Positions 10,981 to 19,844 of a stretch of 32,000 nucleotides of DNA are shown here, in pieces; position 1 is the stretch's first letter, and every line of letters starts with the position of its first letter. The notes beneath the pieces are model-generated. The model did not search any database. It was given only the letters and a program-made list of their open reading frames with translations, and was not told where the DNA came from. Position numbers and translations under genes: made by a program. This DNA comes from Cyanobacteria bacterium J06592_8. Its GTDB lineage: Bacteria > Cyanobacteriota > Cyanobacteriia > Cyanobacteriales > Microcoleaceae. Location of the stretch: positions 6,837 through 38,836 of the forward strand of contig JBCBCI010000021.1 of NCBI GenBank assembly GCA_038530755.1. Reading direction: 5' to 3'.

Positions 10981-11367
10981 TCAAGTAAGAGGTAGAGTAA
11001 TCGTGAAGAGAGTACCTTCTCCCCATCTGGAATTACAGGTAATTGTGCCACTATGTTGTTCGGTTATAATTTGATAACTCATCGATAAGCCAAGTCCAGT
11101 ACCTTGACCAATGAGTTTAGTCGTAAAAAAGGGCTCAAAAATGCGTTCGCGAGTATTTTCACTCATTCCAGAACCATTGTCTGCAATCTGAATTCTCACC
11201 GTTTGCGAGTCTTTTATCTCTGTTGTAATCCGGATTTCTGGAAAGTCTTGCTCTTCAAACGTTCTTAAAACATCAATGGCATTGGTCAGAATTTGTAGGA
11301 ACACTTGATTGAGTTGATTGGCATAACAGTTGAGTGGGGGAAGTTGTCCATTAATTGAACTAAGCGT
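10981..11367 (-). pseudogene. C-terminal remnant of a histidine kinase (HATPase_c domain only)
   Basis: Open frame reads 'TLSSINGQLPPLNCYANQLNQVFLQILTNAIDVLR...VRIQIADNGSGMSENTRERIFEPFFTTKLIGQGTGLGLSMSYQIITEQHSGTITCNSRWGEGTLFTITLPLT'; N, G1 and G2 boxes present, sensor and HisKA missing, in-frame stop upstream at 11368-11370. Confidence 0.85.
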
Positions 11368-11789
11368 TCAAAATCGTCTTTGCTGTGTACTCGATCAATT
11401 GCTTCTTCCATCACTTTATTTAATGCTTTAACCGCATCCTGTCGTGCGGCGGCGTAAGCCAGCTTGGGTTTAAGCAAAACAACTTCTGTTTCAATCGCAG
11501 AGAAATCATTTCCTACTAATTTGGCTTTCAATTGATTGATGGCATCCAGAAACTTACGAACCTGATTTGTTTCCAGTCGCTGTCGCTTTAGTTCTGGTCC
11601 AAACTGCTGTGCGTGTTTAACTAAATCCCGAATTGGGTAATCTTTCAGACCTCCTTTCAATTCTTTAATTTTATCAACAATCTCTTGGGTAATATCAGAC
11701 TTTGGGTGATTATTTTTGCCTTGATAACTGGATTACTGATTGGGTTTAGATTGATTCTTCTGCACTATTAGCTTAACAGGTTTATTCAT
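11345..11789 (-). pseudogene. csm2: Truncated type III-A CRISPR effector small subunit Csm2, 3' end lost at the histidine kinase junction and with an in-frame TAA near the 5' end
   Basis: 'IRDLVKHAQQFGPELKRQRLETNQVRKFLDAINQLKAKL...VVLLKPKLAYAAARQDAVKALNKVMEEAIDRVHSKDDFERLVQLM' matches the Csm2 pattern (QxRKF..., LLKPKLAYAAAR, DFERxV). Upstream in the same frame: ATG(11789) MNKPVKLIVQKNQSKPNQ-stop-SSYQGKNNHPKSDITQEIVDKIKELKGG. Confidence 0.82.
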
Positions 11790-11842
11790 TGTTTTATTTT
11801 CAGTTATAATAGCAAACTTATTGAAAAGGTTCTCACCTTCTA

Positions 11843-12400
11843 TTAAGATTGTAATATTTGTTCCACAGTTAACGCTAATTCAGGAAATATCTGAGAAACA
11901 ATTTGTTGATTTCCTTGATATTCTGTCTCCTCGTATAATCCTTCTACTAAAGTTAAAACTGTAACTTTTTGCTCAACTGGATCGACAATCCAATATTCAG
12001 GAATTCCTACCACACTATACTCTGAACGTTTGTAGCGGTAATCTCGTGTTTTTGACTCTGAACTGACAATTTCGACGGCTAACAGTGTAGCTGATTCCAG
12101 AACTGCTGATACATCCCGACGAGTGATTTGATCTCTGGCTATGAGAGAAATATCGGGAATTCTTGAGCGATTAATCGAGGTTCTAACTCCTACATTTCCC
12201 AGTGTAACCCAAGGTAAATTTAATCGACTAATTTCAGCTTCAAAAGCATTGGTTAAATATCGAATAATTAAAGCATGATCAAATGTTGGTGGATTCACAA
12301 TAATTAATTCCCCATCTTCCAATTCATAACGGTTATTCGTACCATCATCATAGTTGAGATAGTCCTCAAATGTTAGTTTTTGTTGAGTCGTTGTGTTCAT
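11843..12400 (-). CDS. Uma2 family (DUF820) PD-(D/E)XK endonuclease-like protein
   Basis: 185 aa; 'LTFEDYLNYDD...RYELEDGELI','GVRTSINRSRIPDISLI','LLAVEIVSSESKTRDYRYKRSEYSVVGIPEYWIVDP'. Confidence 0.92.
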   Translation of the reverse strand: MNTTTQQKLTFEDYLNYDDGTNNRYELEDGELIIVNPPTFDHALIIRYLTNAFEAEISRLNLPWVTLGNVGVRTSINRSRIPDISLIARDQITRRDVSAVLESATLLAVEIVSSESKTRDYRYKRSEYSVVGIPEYWIVDPVEQKVTVLTLVEGLYEETEYQGNQQIVSQIFPELALTVEQILQS

Positions 12401-12416
12401 GGTGTTAACCTCTGTT

Positions 12417-12979
12417 TTATTGACGATTTAATAATTCTATCCAAGTGGCAATCGCACGGGAATAGGGTGCATTATAAGGGTTTTTCAGGGAAATCCTAAA
12501 CTTTTCATTTTGATCGAGTTGCTTTACAAATGGCAAAACACCGAATAAATCAGGGAAAGTTTCTGGCTTTAGATAATTCTCAATTTGTTCATCTATTGTT
12601 TTATGTTTGCCCGTTCCTAACCATTCATGCCATTTAAAAACCTCACCAAATAATCCTAAACTATCTCCTCTTTGACGATTTGTTTATATTCAGCTAAATC
12701 GGGTGCTTTTTCTATTGGATAGGAAATCAAAGGAGCAGAATCTGCAATCGCATCTACAAGACAATAATACTCTTTGTTGTGACCTTCTCGAAGCTTGACA
12801 AAATCGAACAATAAGCGTAAACAATCTATGTTATTATCTGTCCAAGATAACGTTTCTTTTGCTTTTTCAACTGCTGGATAATTCTTTTCTATATTTCTTG
12901 AGAATTCAGCCTCTGACCAACGTGCTAAAGTTAGTACAGCCTCTCGCATAACTTGTAAAGCAATATCTTCTGATCTCAT
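12417..12979 (-). pseudogene. Frameshifted gene of unknown function (N part 12656-12979, C part open in another frame to the stop at 12417-12419)
   Basis: The 107-aa ORF ends 'DLAEYKQIVKEEIV*'; a one-base shift at the 'gtcaaagagg' A-run gives 'VK-RGDSLGLFGEVFKWHEWLGTGKHKTIDEQIENYLKPETFPDLFGVLPFVKQLDQNEKFRISLKNPYNAPYSRAIATWIELLNRQ*', ending 16 bp before the Uma2 start. Confidence 0.6.
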
Positions 12980-13030
12980 TCAAATTTTCCTCATTAATAG
13001 ACACAGCTTCTAACTTTCAGTCTTTTCCTC

Positions 13031-13759
13031 TTAAAGATGCTTTCCTAAGCGATCGCACTGGTAGCGACCATTCGCCAAATAATGACCAAAAATGCGATCG
13101 CCTCGATCTCCCCAGACATCACATTCATAGGTAGAATCTTCAAATGGTTTACCTTTGAGTTGTTTAAAATCTAACTTTCTTGGATTCTCTTGTCCATTAG
13201 TCTCTAAGTATCGGCTCAAATCATCTAAACGTTCATTGAGAGTAAAAAGGCGATCGGGTTGCACCCTTTCTACTGAATTTCCAAACTCCGTAGAATAGAC
13301 CAATTTAGAACTCCATGGTAATAAAAGTTCTCGTTCATAATAGTTACTCTTCGCCTGTTTCCAGAGAAGTTTTCCCCATTCTGATAACCCCACAAACTCT
13401 CCATCTCTAAAGAGTAAGGTTTCTGGAATACCTTGACATTGAGAAAGCGGAAGTTGTTGATATTCTAGCTGTCGAAATGTCGTTAAATGTTGTTCAATTA
13501 CACCCGTTGAATCAAGCGTGATCGGTAAGCGAGGAATTCGTAATAATTCTGAACTAAACTGAAAAATATAGACGCATTCATCTGCATAGAACATTCCTAC
13601 AGCTTGTAGAAAACCGTTGACGCTTTTAAAACTGCCTGTCAGGTTAAAAATGACGTTGACCTGTGAATTATTTTGATAATTTTTCAAAGTTGCATCACAC
13701 CATTCTATTAGTTCGGACATCGCTATACGAAATGAGTCAATAGTTTCTCCTAAATGAAG
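13031..13759 (-). pseudogene. CARF-domain (APE2256/Csm6-Csx1-like) CRISPR ancillary protein, N-terminally truncated, with a RelE-like C-terminal segment
   Basis: 'VNVIFNLTGSFKSVNGFLQAVGMFYADECVYIFQFSSELLRIPRLPI' is the C-terminal half of a CARF domain; tail 'LDFKQLKGKPFEDSTYECDVWGDRGDRIFGHYLANGRYQCDRLGKHL' looks like a small RelE/ParE-type domain. The N-terminal CARF strand with its nucleotide-binding loop is absent. Confidence 0.7.
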
Positions 13760-14641
13760 TTAATTGTTGCTTTCTTCCTGACGCAATGCTTCAATGGCTT
13801 CAATCGTTAATCCCGTTACAGAAGCGATCGCTTCATTATCTAGTTGACCCAATAAATTTCGAGCCACCTCACGTTTTCCTTGTTCAATGCCTTGTTCAAT
13901 GCCTTGTTCAATGCCTTGTTCAATTCCCAATGCGATCGCGCCTTGCTGATCGTAGATAAACATTTCTCGGCGTTCTAAATCTTCGAGTTCTTCTGGTGTT
14001 AAATCGGCTTGATTGGCGATTTCAAAGGCTTGATGAAGTTCAGGAATATCATCCATATTTTCTGGGATTGAGGTGAGCGATCGCGCATACTTCATAAAGT
14101 AAATCCATTTATCAGTTAGAGTTTCAAGCTGGTTGAGTTCTTTGGTAAATTTCGGTAATTCAATAAAGACCAACTCCATGTCATTCTCTGTGTAGTAGTA
14201 GCCTTCTGTCTTCTCTCGATAAACATAGCGAGAAATCAATTGATCGTGATCGCTAAACATCTCGAAATCCGTAATCGTTAAAGCAATTACAGGTTGAAGA
14301 TATCGATATCCTTGCCCTCTTTGCAGTTGAAACGCATAAGTTTTCGCCGCATTAAACAAAACCCGCTTCCCAAAAGACTTTACGTTCAAAACCTGCATTT
14401 CAATAATGACGATTGTATCATTATTCAGCTTTGCTTTGACATCGAGATAGGTATCTTTCAAGCCTTCAAGTTGAGGCGGTAAGTTGGGATTGACAATTTC
14501 TAAGTCTTCAATCGTTGAATTGCCTTCATAAATCAAAGCATTCAGAAAACTAATCAGAATATCTTTGCTTTCAGTCGAACCAAATATCTTTTTAAAGGCG
14601 TAATCGGTTTTGGGGTTGATAAATCGCATTTTTGTCATCAC
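13760..14641 (-). CDS. Rpn family recombination-promoting nuclease / PD-(D/E)XK transposase-like protein
   Basis: 293 aa; 'RFINPKTDYAFKKIFGSTESKDILISFLNALI...YLDVKAKLNNDTIVIIEMQV...KRVLFNAAKTYAFQLQRGQGY', C-terminal 'IEQGIEQGIEQG'. Confidence 0.93.
   Translation of the reverse strand: MMTKMRFINPKTDYAFKKIFGSTESKDILISFLNALIYEGNSTIEDLEIVNPNLPPQLEGLKDTYLDVKAKLNNDTIVIIEMQVLNVKSFGKRVLFNAAKTYAFQLQRGQGYRYLQPVIALTITDFEMFSDHDQLISRYVYREKTEGYYYTENDMELVFIELPKFTKELNQLETLTDKWIYFMKYARSLTSIPENMDDIPELHQAFEIANQADLTPEELEDLERREMFIYDQQGAIALGIEQGIEQGIEQGIEQGKREVARNLLGQLDNEAIASVTGLTIEAIEALRQEESNN
13879..13926. repeat. Four tandem 12-bp units (cttgttcaatgc, last unit variant) encoding GIEQ repeats in the Rpn gene
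   Basis: Direct reading of the sequence. Confidence 0.95.
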
Positions 14642-14866
14642 ACCTCAGCTTTTTGAATTAATTTTAGCAGACAACAATCTCTAAACTTATTGCCTCAGCC
14701 AGAAGCCTCTGTTGTACTCGAAAGCCACTCTACAATTAAACAAGGATAAAGAAAATACAAAACCCCGACTTACAGAGCCGGGGAGAGAAAACGAGCTTCA
14801 CATCTACCAACACTATAATATCTAGAATATCCTACAGTTGAGAATGTTGATTCTACTGATTTTTAG

Positions 14867-15055
14867 ATAGAGGTTAATTTAATTGAAGAAGCTGGGATAG
14901 AAAGAGAAGCCACAGTTAGAATTACGGTTGATTGGCCAGAGTCTCTGCACAAACGATTGTCAATCTATTGTGCAACATCGGGTAATAAAAAGGCTGAAGT
15001 CGTGAGGGTGTTTTTGGATGAATACCTCTCACAACAAGGAATCAAGGATGATTAA
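14867..15055 (+). pseudogene. Ribbon-helix-helix protein fragment (CopG/ParG-like), no in-frame ATG start
   Basis: Open frame '...IEVNLIEEAGIEREATVRITVDWPESLHKRLSIYCATSGNKKAEVVRVFLDEYLSQQGIKDD*' with the 'DWPESLHKRL...KKAEVVRVFLDEYL' RHH pattern; stop TAG precedes the frame. Confidence 0.5.
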
Positions 15056-15186
15056 AGCACTCTGTACAGGTACAGTCTGTCATCTAAAATCTGATTCTGA
15101 ATTTGTGTTCTATTCCAAAAGAGAAAGTAAACCAAGTGATTTCGATATGGGATAAGAATCAAATAATTTCCATACCCGATCCAGAC

Positions 15187-15216
15187 TTTAACCTGTTCTT
15201 AATCTTTGAACAAACC
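15187..15216 (+). promoter_or_regulatory. Pho-box-like element: three 8-bp units separated by 3 bp, upstream of ptxA/phnC
   Basis: TTTAACCT-gtt-CTTAATCT-ttg-AACAAACC; first two units fit the cyanobacterial PhoB/SphR consensus PyTTAAPyPyT/A, third is degenerate; located about 85 bp upstream of the ATG. Confidence 0.6.
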
Positions 15217-15299
15217 CTCTTATGAGAAAATGCCTGTGGTTAAAGCATCTATAACTGGTTGGTATAGGCGTTGGAACTTCCACTTAATCGGCTTGCCAG

Positions 15300-16064
15300 A
15301 TGAATAAGTTTGCGATTGTTAGTCTTGAGCAGGTTGGAGTGACCTACAGTAATGGCATTGTTGCCCTTGAATCCGTATCACTTCAACTGAATCGGGGTGA
15401 GTTTGCCATTGTTCTAGGATCTTCTGGAGCGGGTAAATCAACTTTGCTGCGAACCCTCAATTATCTTCATCCGCCAACTCATGGTCGCGTTGTTGTAGAG
15501 GGAGTTGGAGAGTTAATTCAACCGTCTTCACTCCGTCTGCACCGAAAGCGAACAGGAATGATCTTCCAACAACATCAGTTGATTGAACGTCATTCAGCAC
15601 TGAAAAATGTACTGATGGGTCGATTAGCTTATCATTCCTTTTGGAGGAGTCTACTGCCACTTCCTAAACATGATCAACAGATTGCCTTGGACTGTTTGGA
15701 ACGGGTTAACTTACTCGATAAAGCATTAACTCCAGTGAAATCTCTCAGTGGTGGCCAGCAGCAACGAGTTGGCATTGCTCGTGCATTAGCTCAACAACCG
15801 CAGCTCATGTTAGCGGATGAACCCATTGCGAGCCTTGACCCGGCGAGTGCTCATCAGGTACTGTCTTTGCTCCGTGGTATCTGCAAAACCGATGGCATTG
15901 CAGCCTTACTGAGCTTACATCAAGTGGAATTTGCCAAAAAGTATGGCGATCGCATTATTGGCTTGTCCAACGGTCGTGTGACTTTTGATGGCCCTCCTTC
16001 TGCACTGAACAACCAGCATCTAGATGAAATTTACAGGAGCCAGTCCTTGGCAACCGTGGTGTGA
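15300..16064 (+). CDS. ptxA: Phosphonate/phosphite ABC transporter ATP-binding protein
   Basis: 254 aa; Walker A 'GSSGAGKST', signature 'SLSGGQQQRVGIARALAQQP', Walker B 'LMLADEPIASLDP', PhnC-like. Confidence 0.93.
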   Translation: MNKFAIVSLEQVGVTYSNGIVALESVSLQLNRGEFAIVLGSSGAGKSTLLRTLNYLHPPTHGRVVVEGVGELIQPSSLRLHRKRTGMIFQQHQLIERHSALKNVLMGRLAYHSFWRSLLPLPKHDQQIALDCLERVNLLDKALTPVKSLSGGQQQRVGIARALAQQPQLMLADEPIASLDPASAHQVLSLLRGICKTDGIAALLSLHQVEFAKKYGDRIIGLSNGRVTFDGPPSALNNQHLDEIYRSQSLATVV

Positions 16065-16076
16065 ATTTGACTTTGA

Positions 16077-17093
<1,017 letters not shown>

Positions 17094-17215
17094 CTCCCAT
17101 CACTTCGCAGATAAGGGACGAGCGCAGAAATAAAATACCAGTCTTAGAATCCATCTATATTCAATAGAATCACAAGCTGGATTGGTATCTCAATAAACCG
17201 CAAGTCCTTAACCAT

Positions 17216-17233
17216 CCCCTTCTTGCGAAGGGG
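17216..17233 (+). other. Perfect hairpin (7-bp stem, 4-nt loop) between ptxB and ptxC
   Basis: CCCCTTC-ttgc-GAAGGGG. Confidence 0.7.
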
Positions 17234-17265
17234 AGAGCTTTTACTAATAGGACAAGGATTTGATC

Positions 17266-18075
17266 ATGACTGTAACTCAGGAACGCTATGCCACAATCCT
17301 GCGCCAACAACAGCGGCAGTGGAAACGTCAACTGATTCGTGTGCTGTTGTTACTGGGGGTGATTCTCCTCTGTCTAGCAGTCGTAGGCTTGTTTGATGTC
17401 GAACGCATGACAGAGGGCATTCCGGCAATCGGCAAACTCCTCTCGGAAATGTTCCCCCCAGATTTTAGTCGCTTTGCGAAGTGGATTACACCGATTATCG
17501 ATACCCTAGCCATGAGTGTGGCAGGCACGGCTATTGCTGTGACATTATCACTGCCTTTGTGTATACTGGCAGCCCAAAATACTACACCCCATCCCATCTT
17601 GTTTCATCTTGCCCGCACCATTTTGAATGTGGCTCGGGCTATCCCTGAACTGATCTTAGGGATGATTTTGGTAGCTGCTGTTGGCTTCGGCAAACTACCT
17701 GGTACACTCGCGCTTGGTCTTCACTCTGTCGGGATGGTTGGAAAATTTTTTGCTGAGTCAATTGAACTCAGTAATCCTGCGCCAGTGGAAGCTGCTCGTG
17801 CAGTTGGAGCCACTGAAGCCCAAGTCATTGTTCACAGCATCTTGCCACAAGTTTTCCCTCAAATGGCTGACGTTACCTTTTATCGTTGGGAATACAACTT
17901 CCGTGCCTCAATGGTTCTCGGAGCTGTAGGAGCTGGGGGTATTGGCTTGGAAATTATTAGCGCCTTACGAATCTTGAAATATCAACAAGTCTCGGCACTC
18001 CTGATTGTTGTCCTCGTGATGGTTACACTTGTCGATGGTTTGAGTAACTATCTTCGTAAAGGGTTTGTGAATTGA
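17266..18075 (+). CDS. ptxC: Phosphonate/phosphite ABC transporter permease (PhnE/PtxC type)
   Basis: 'PPDFSRFAKWITPIIDTLAMSVAGTAIAVTLSLPLCILAAQNTTPH...LNVARAIPELILGMILVAAVGFGKLPGTLALGLHSVGMVGKFFAESIE...GAVGAGGIGLEI'. Confidence 0.94.
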   Translation: MTVTQERYATILRQQQRQWKRQLIRVLLLLGVILLCLAVVGLFDVERMTEGIPAIGKLLSEMFPPDFSRFAKWITPIIDTLAMSVAGTAIAVTLSLPLCILAAQNTTPHPILFHLARTILNVARAIPELILGMILVAAVGFGKLPGTLALGLHSVGMVGKFFAESIELSNPAPVEAARAVGATEAQVIVHSILPQVFPQMADVTFYRWEYNFRASMVLGAVGAGGIGLEIISALRILKYQQVSALLIVVLVMVTLVDGLSNYLRKGFVN

Positions 18076-18151
18076 CCTCCTCCCCTTCACCATAATCCAT
18101 CTCCGTCCTTAAGTCCGGAGTTTCCCGAAAAATTCGATCAGCAGCGTCCCT

Positions 18152-19147
18152 ATGCGTCCCAAAGTTGTACTCACCCATTGGGTTCATGAGAAAATCATTG
18201 AGTTTCTCAGCGAAACTTGTGAAGTTGTTCCCAACCCGACTCGCGAAACCTTGCCCAGAGATGAAATTTGTCGCCGTGCAAAAGATGCAGATGGGTTGAT
18301 GGTCTTTATGCCCGATTCAGTTGATGAAGCATTCCTTGATGATTGTCCTTGTTTGAAGGTCATTGCAGGAGCCTTGCGGGGTTATGACAACTTTGATGTT
18401 GCAGCCTGTCGCGATCGCCAGATCTGGTTCACAATTGTACCGGATCTATTAGCGGCTCCAACTGCTGAACTCACAATGGGTCTTCTCATTGGTTTAGCTC
18501 GCCGCCTCATCGAAGGTGATGCACTCATTCGACAAGGTCAATTTTCAGGTTGGCGGCCCATCCTTTACAGTACGGGGCTGTTGCATAAAACCCTTGGCAT
18601 TGTGGGTATGGGAAAACTAGGACGTGCCCTGGTTCAGCGACTGCAAGGTTTTGAGATGCAGTTGTTGTATACAGACCCTATCCCCCTCCCGACTGAATTA
18701 GAAAAAGCATGGCAAATTGAGGCGGTTACTTTAGCGCAGCTTTTAGAAACCAGCGATTATGTGGTATTGTTAGTGCCGCTGCAACCCAATACATTCCATT
18801 TGTTTAATGACGAGACAATAGCCCAGATGAAGCCAGGTAGTATTTTGATTAATCCTTGTCGGGGTTCTGTTGTAGATGAAAAAGCTGTTGCTGATGCTTT
18901 AGCCCAAGGTCATCTCGCTGGCTACGCGGCAGATGTGTTTGAAATGGAAGACTGGGCGCGTCGCGATCGTCCGACCAGCATTGAGTCACGATTAGTACAG
19001 AATCGGAATCAAACATTCTTTACTCCCCATTTAGGCTCCGCTGTTGAAGAAATACGATTTGAGATTGCCATGGAAGCGGCTGTGAATCTGGTACAGGCTC
19101 TACAGGGAAATATGCCCCAGGGTGCTGTGAATCAATTAAATGAGTAA
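18152..19147 (+). CDS. ptxD: Phosphite (phosphonate) dehydrogenase, D-2-hydroxyacid dehydrogenase superfamily
   Basis: 331 aa; '[20 protein letters not shown]' Rossmann motif; PtxD-characteristic stretches '[14 protein letters not shown]','[15 protein letters not shown]','[13 protein letters not shown]','[21 protein letters not shown]','[10 protein letters not shown]'. Confidence 0.93.
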   Translation: MRPKVVLTHWVHEKIIEFLSETCEVVPNPTRETLPRDEICRRAKDADGLMVFMPDSVDEAFLDDCPCLKVIAGALRGYDNFDVAACRDRQIWFTIVPDLLAAPTAELTMGLLIGLARRLIEGDALIRQGQFSGWRPILYSTGLLHKTLGIVGMGKLGRALVQRLQGFEMQLLYTDPIPLPTELEKAWQIEAVTLAQLLETSDYVVLLVPLQPNTFHLFNDETIAQMKPGSILINPCRGSVVDEKAVADALAQGHLAGYAADVFEMEDWARRDRPTSIESRLVQNRNQTFFTPHLGSAVEEIRFEIAMEAAVNLVQALQGNMPQGAVNQLNE

Positions 19148-19155
19148 GGTAGTTA

Positions 19156-19797
19156 ATGAACTCACTTGAATTGACCGTTAAAAAGCAATATGATGACTTA
19201 GCTCCTGTTTATGATCAGCGTTGGAGTCGATACATTTCTGATACCTTACTCTTTTTCAGAGAATGGCTCAACATTTCTCCCTCAGCAACTGTTCTCGATG
19301 TGGCGTGCGGCACAGGAGAATTAGAGCGTTTATTACTTGAGCAGTATCCCAGTCTATATATTGTGGGTGTTGATATCTCTGAACAGATGCTCGTACAAGC
19401 TCGGCAAAAATTAACAGGTTACACAAATGTATCGTTTGAGAATACAACTGCCTCTAGCTTACCCTTTTCAGATGAGTCTTTTGACGTCGTTATTTCTGCT
19501 AATTCATTTCACTATTTCTCAGACCCAGAGAAGGTGCTAACTGAAATGAGACGAGTCTTGAAACCCGGTGGAACAATTGCAATTCTAGACTGGTGCAAAG
19601 ATTTTTGGCTGTGCCGAGTCTGTGATTGGGTTCTGAAAATTCTAGATCCGGCTCATCAGCAGTGCTATACAGAAGCAGAGCTTCATGCTTTTCTCAAGAC
19701 ATCTGGATTTCATGTCTGTCGATCTCAGCGGGTGCGATTTGGTCTGCTCTGGGGACTCATGGCAGTAAGCTGTCGAGCATCTGAACCCAATAATTGA
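19156..19797 (+). CDS. Class I SAM-dependent methyltransferase
   Basis: 213 aa; 'VLDVACGTGELERLLLEQYP...IVGVDISEQMLVQARQKL...LPFSDESFDVVISANSFHYFSDPEKVLTEMRRVLKPGGTIAILDW'. Starts 8 bp after the ptxD stop. Confidence 0.92.
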   Translation: MNSLELTVKKQYDDLAPVYDQRWSRYISDTLLFFREWLNISPSATVLDVACGTGELERLLLEQYPSLYIVGVDISEQMLVQARQKLTGYTNVSFENTTASSLPFSDESFDVVISANSFHYFSDPEKVLTEMRRVLKPGGTIAILDWCKDFWLCRVCDWVLKILDPAHQQCYTEAELHAFLKTSGFHVCRSQRVRFGLLWGLMAVSCRASEPNN

Positions 19798-19844
19798 CTA
19801 AGTACCTGTGCAAAATATTTAATATAACTTCAGTTTTGAGAGTG

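Noticed and set aside
10981-11304. ORF as an independent ATPase-only anti-sigma/kinase protein
   Set aside because: Similarity begins mid-domain exactly where Csm2 similarity ends; more parsimonious as a truncated kinase tail.
12656-12979. 107-aa ORF considered as an intact HEPN or antitoxin-like protein
   Set aside because: No RxxxxH motif and the frame clearly continues in another phase; treated as the 5' part of a frameshifted gene.
13879-13926. Tandem repeats as a possible CRISPR array
   Set aside because: 12-bp units directly abutting with no spacers, inside the Rpn reading frame.
14763-14783. CCCCG-N11-CGGGG hairpin upstream of Rpn
   Set aside because: Only a 5-bp stem with a large loop and no U-tract; too weak to call a terminator or mobile element end.
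11843-15290. CRISPR array search around the csm2/CARF remnants
   Set aside because: I found no regularly spaced 28-37-bp repeats; a computational scan (CRISPRCasFinder) would be needed to exclude a degenerate single repeat.
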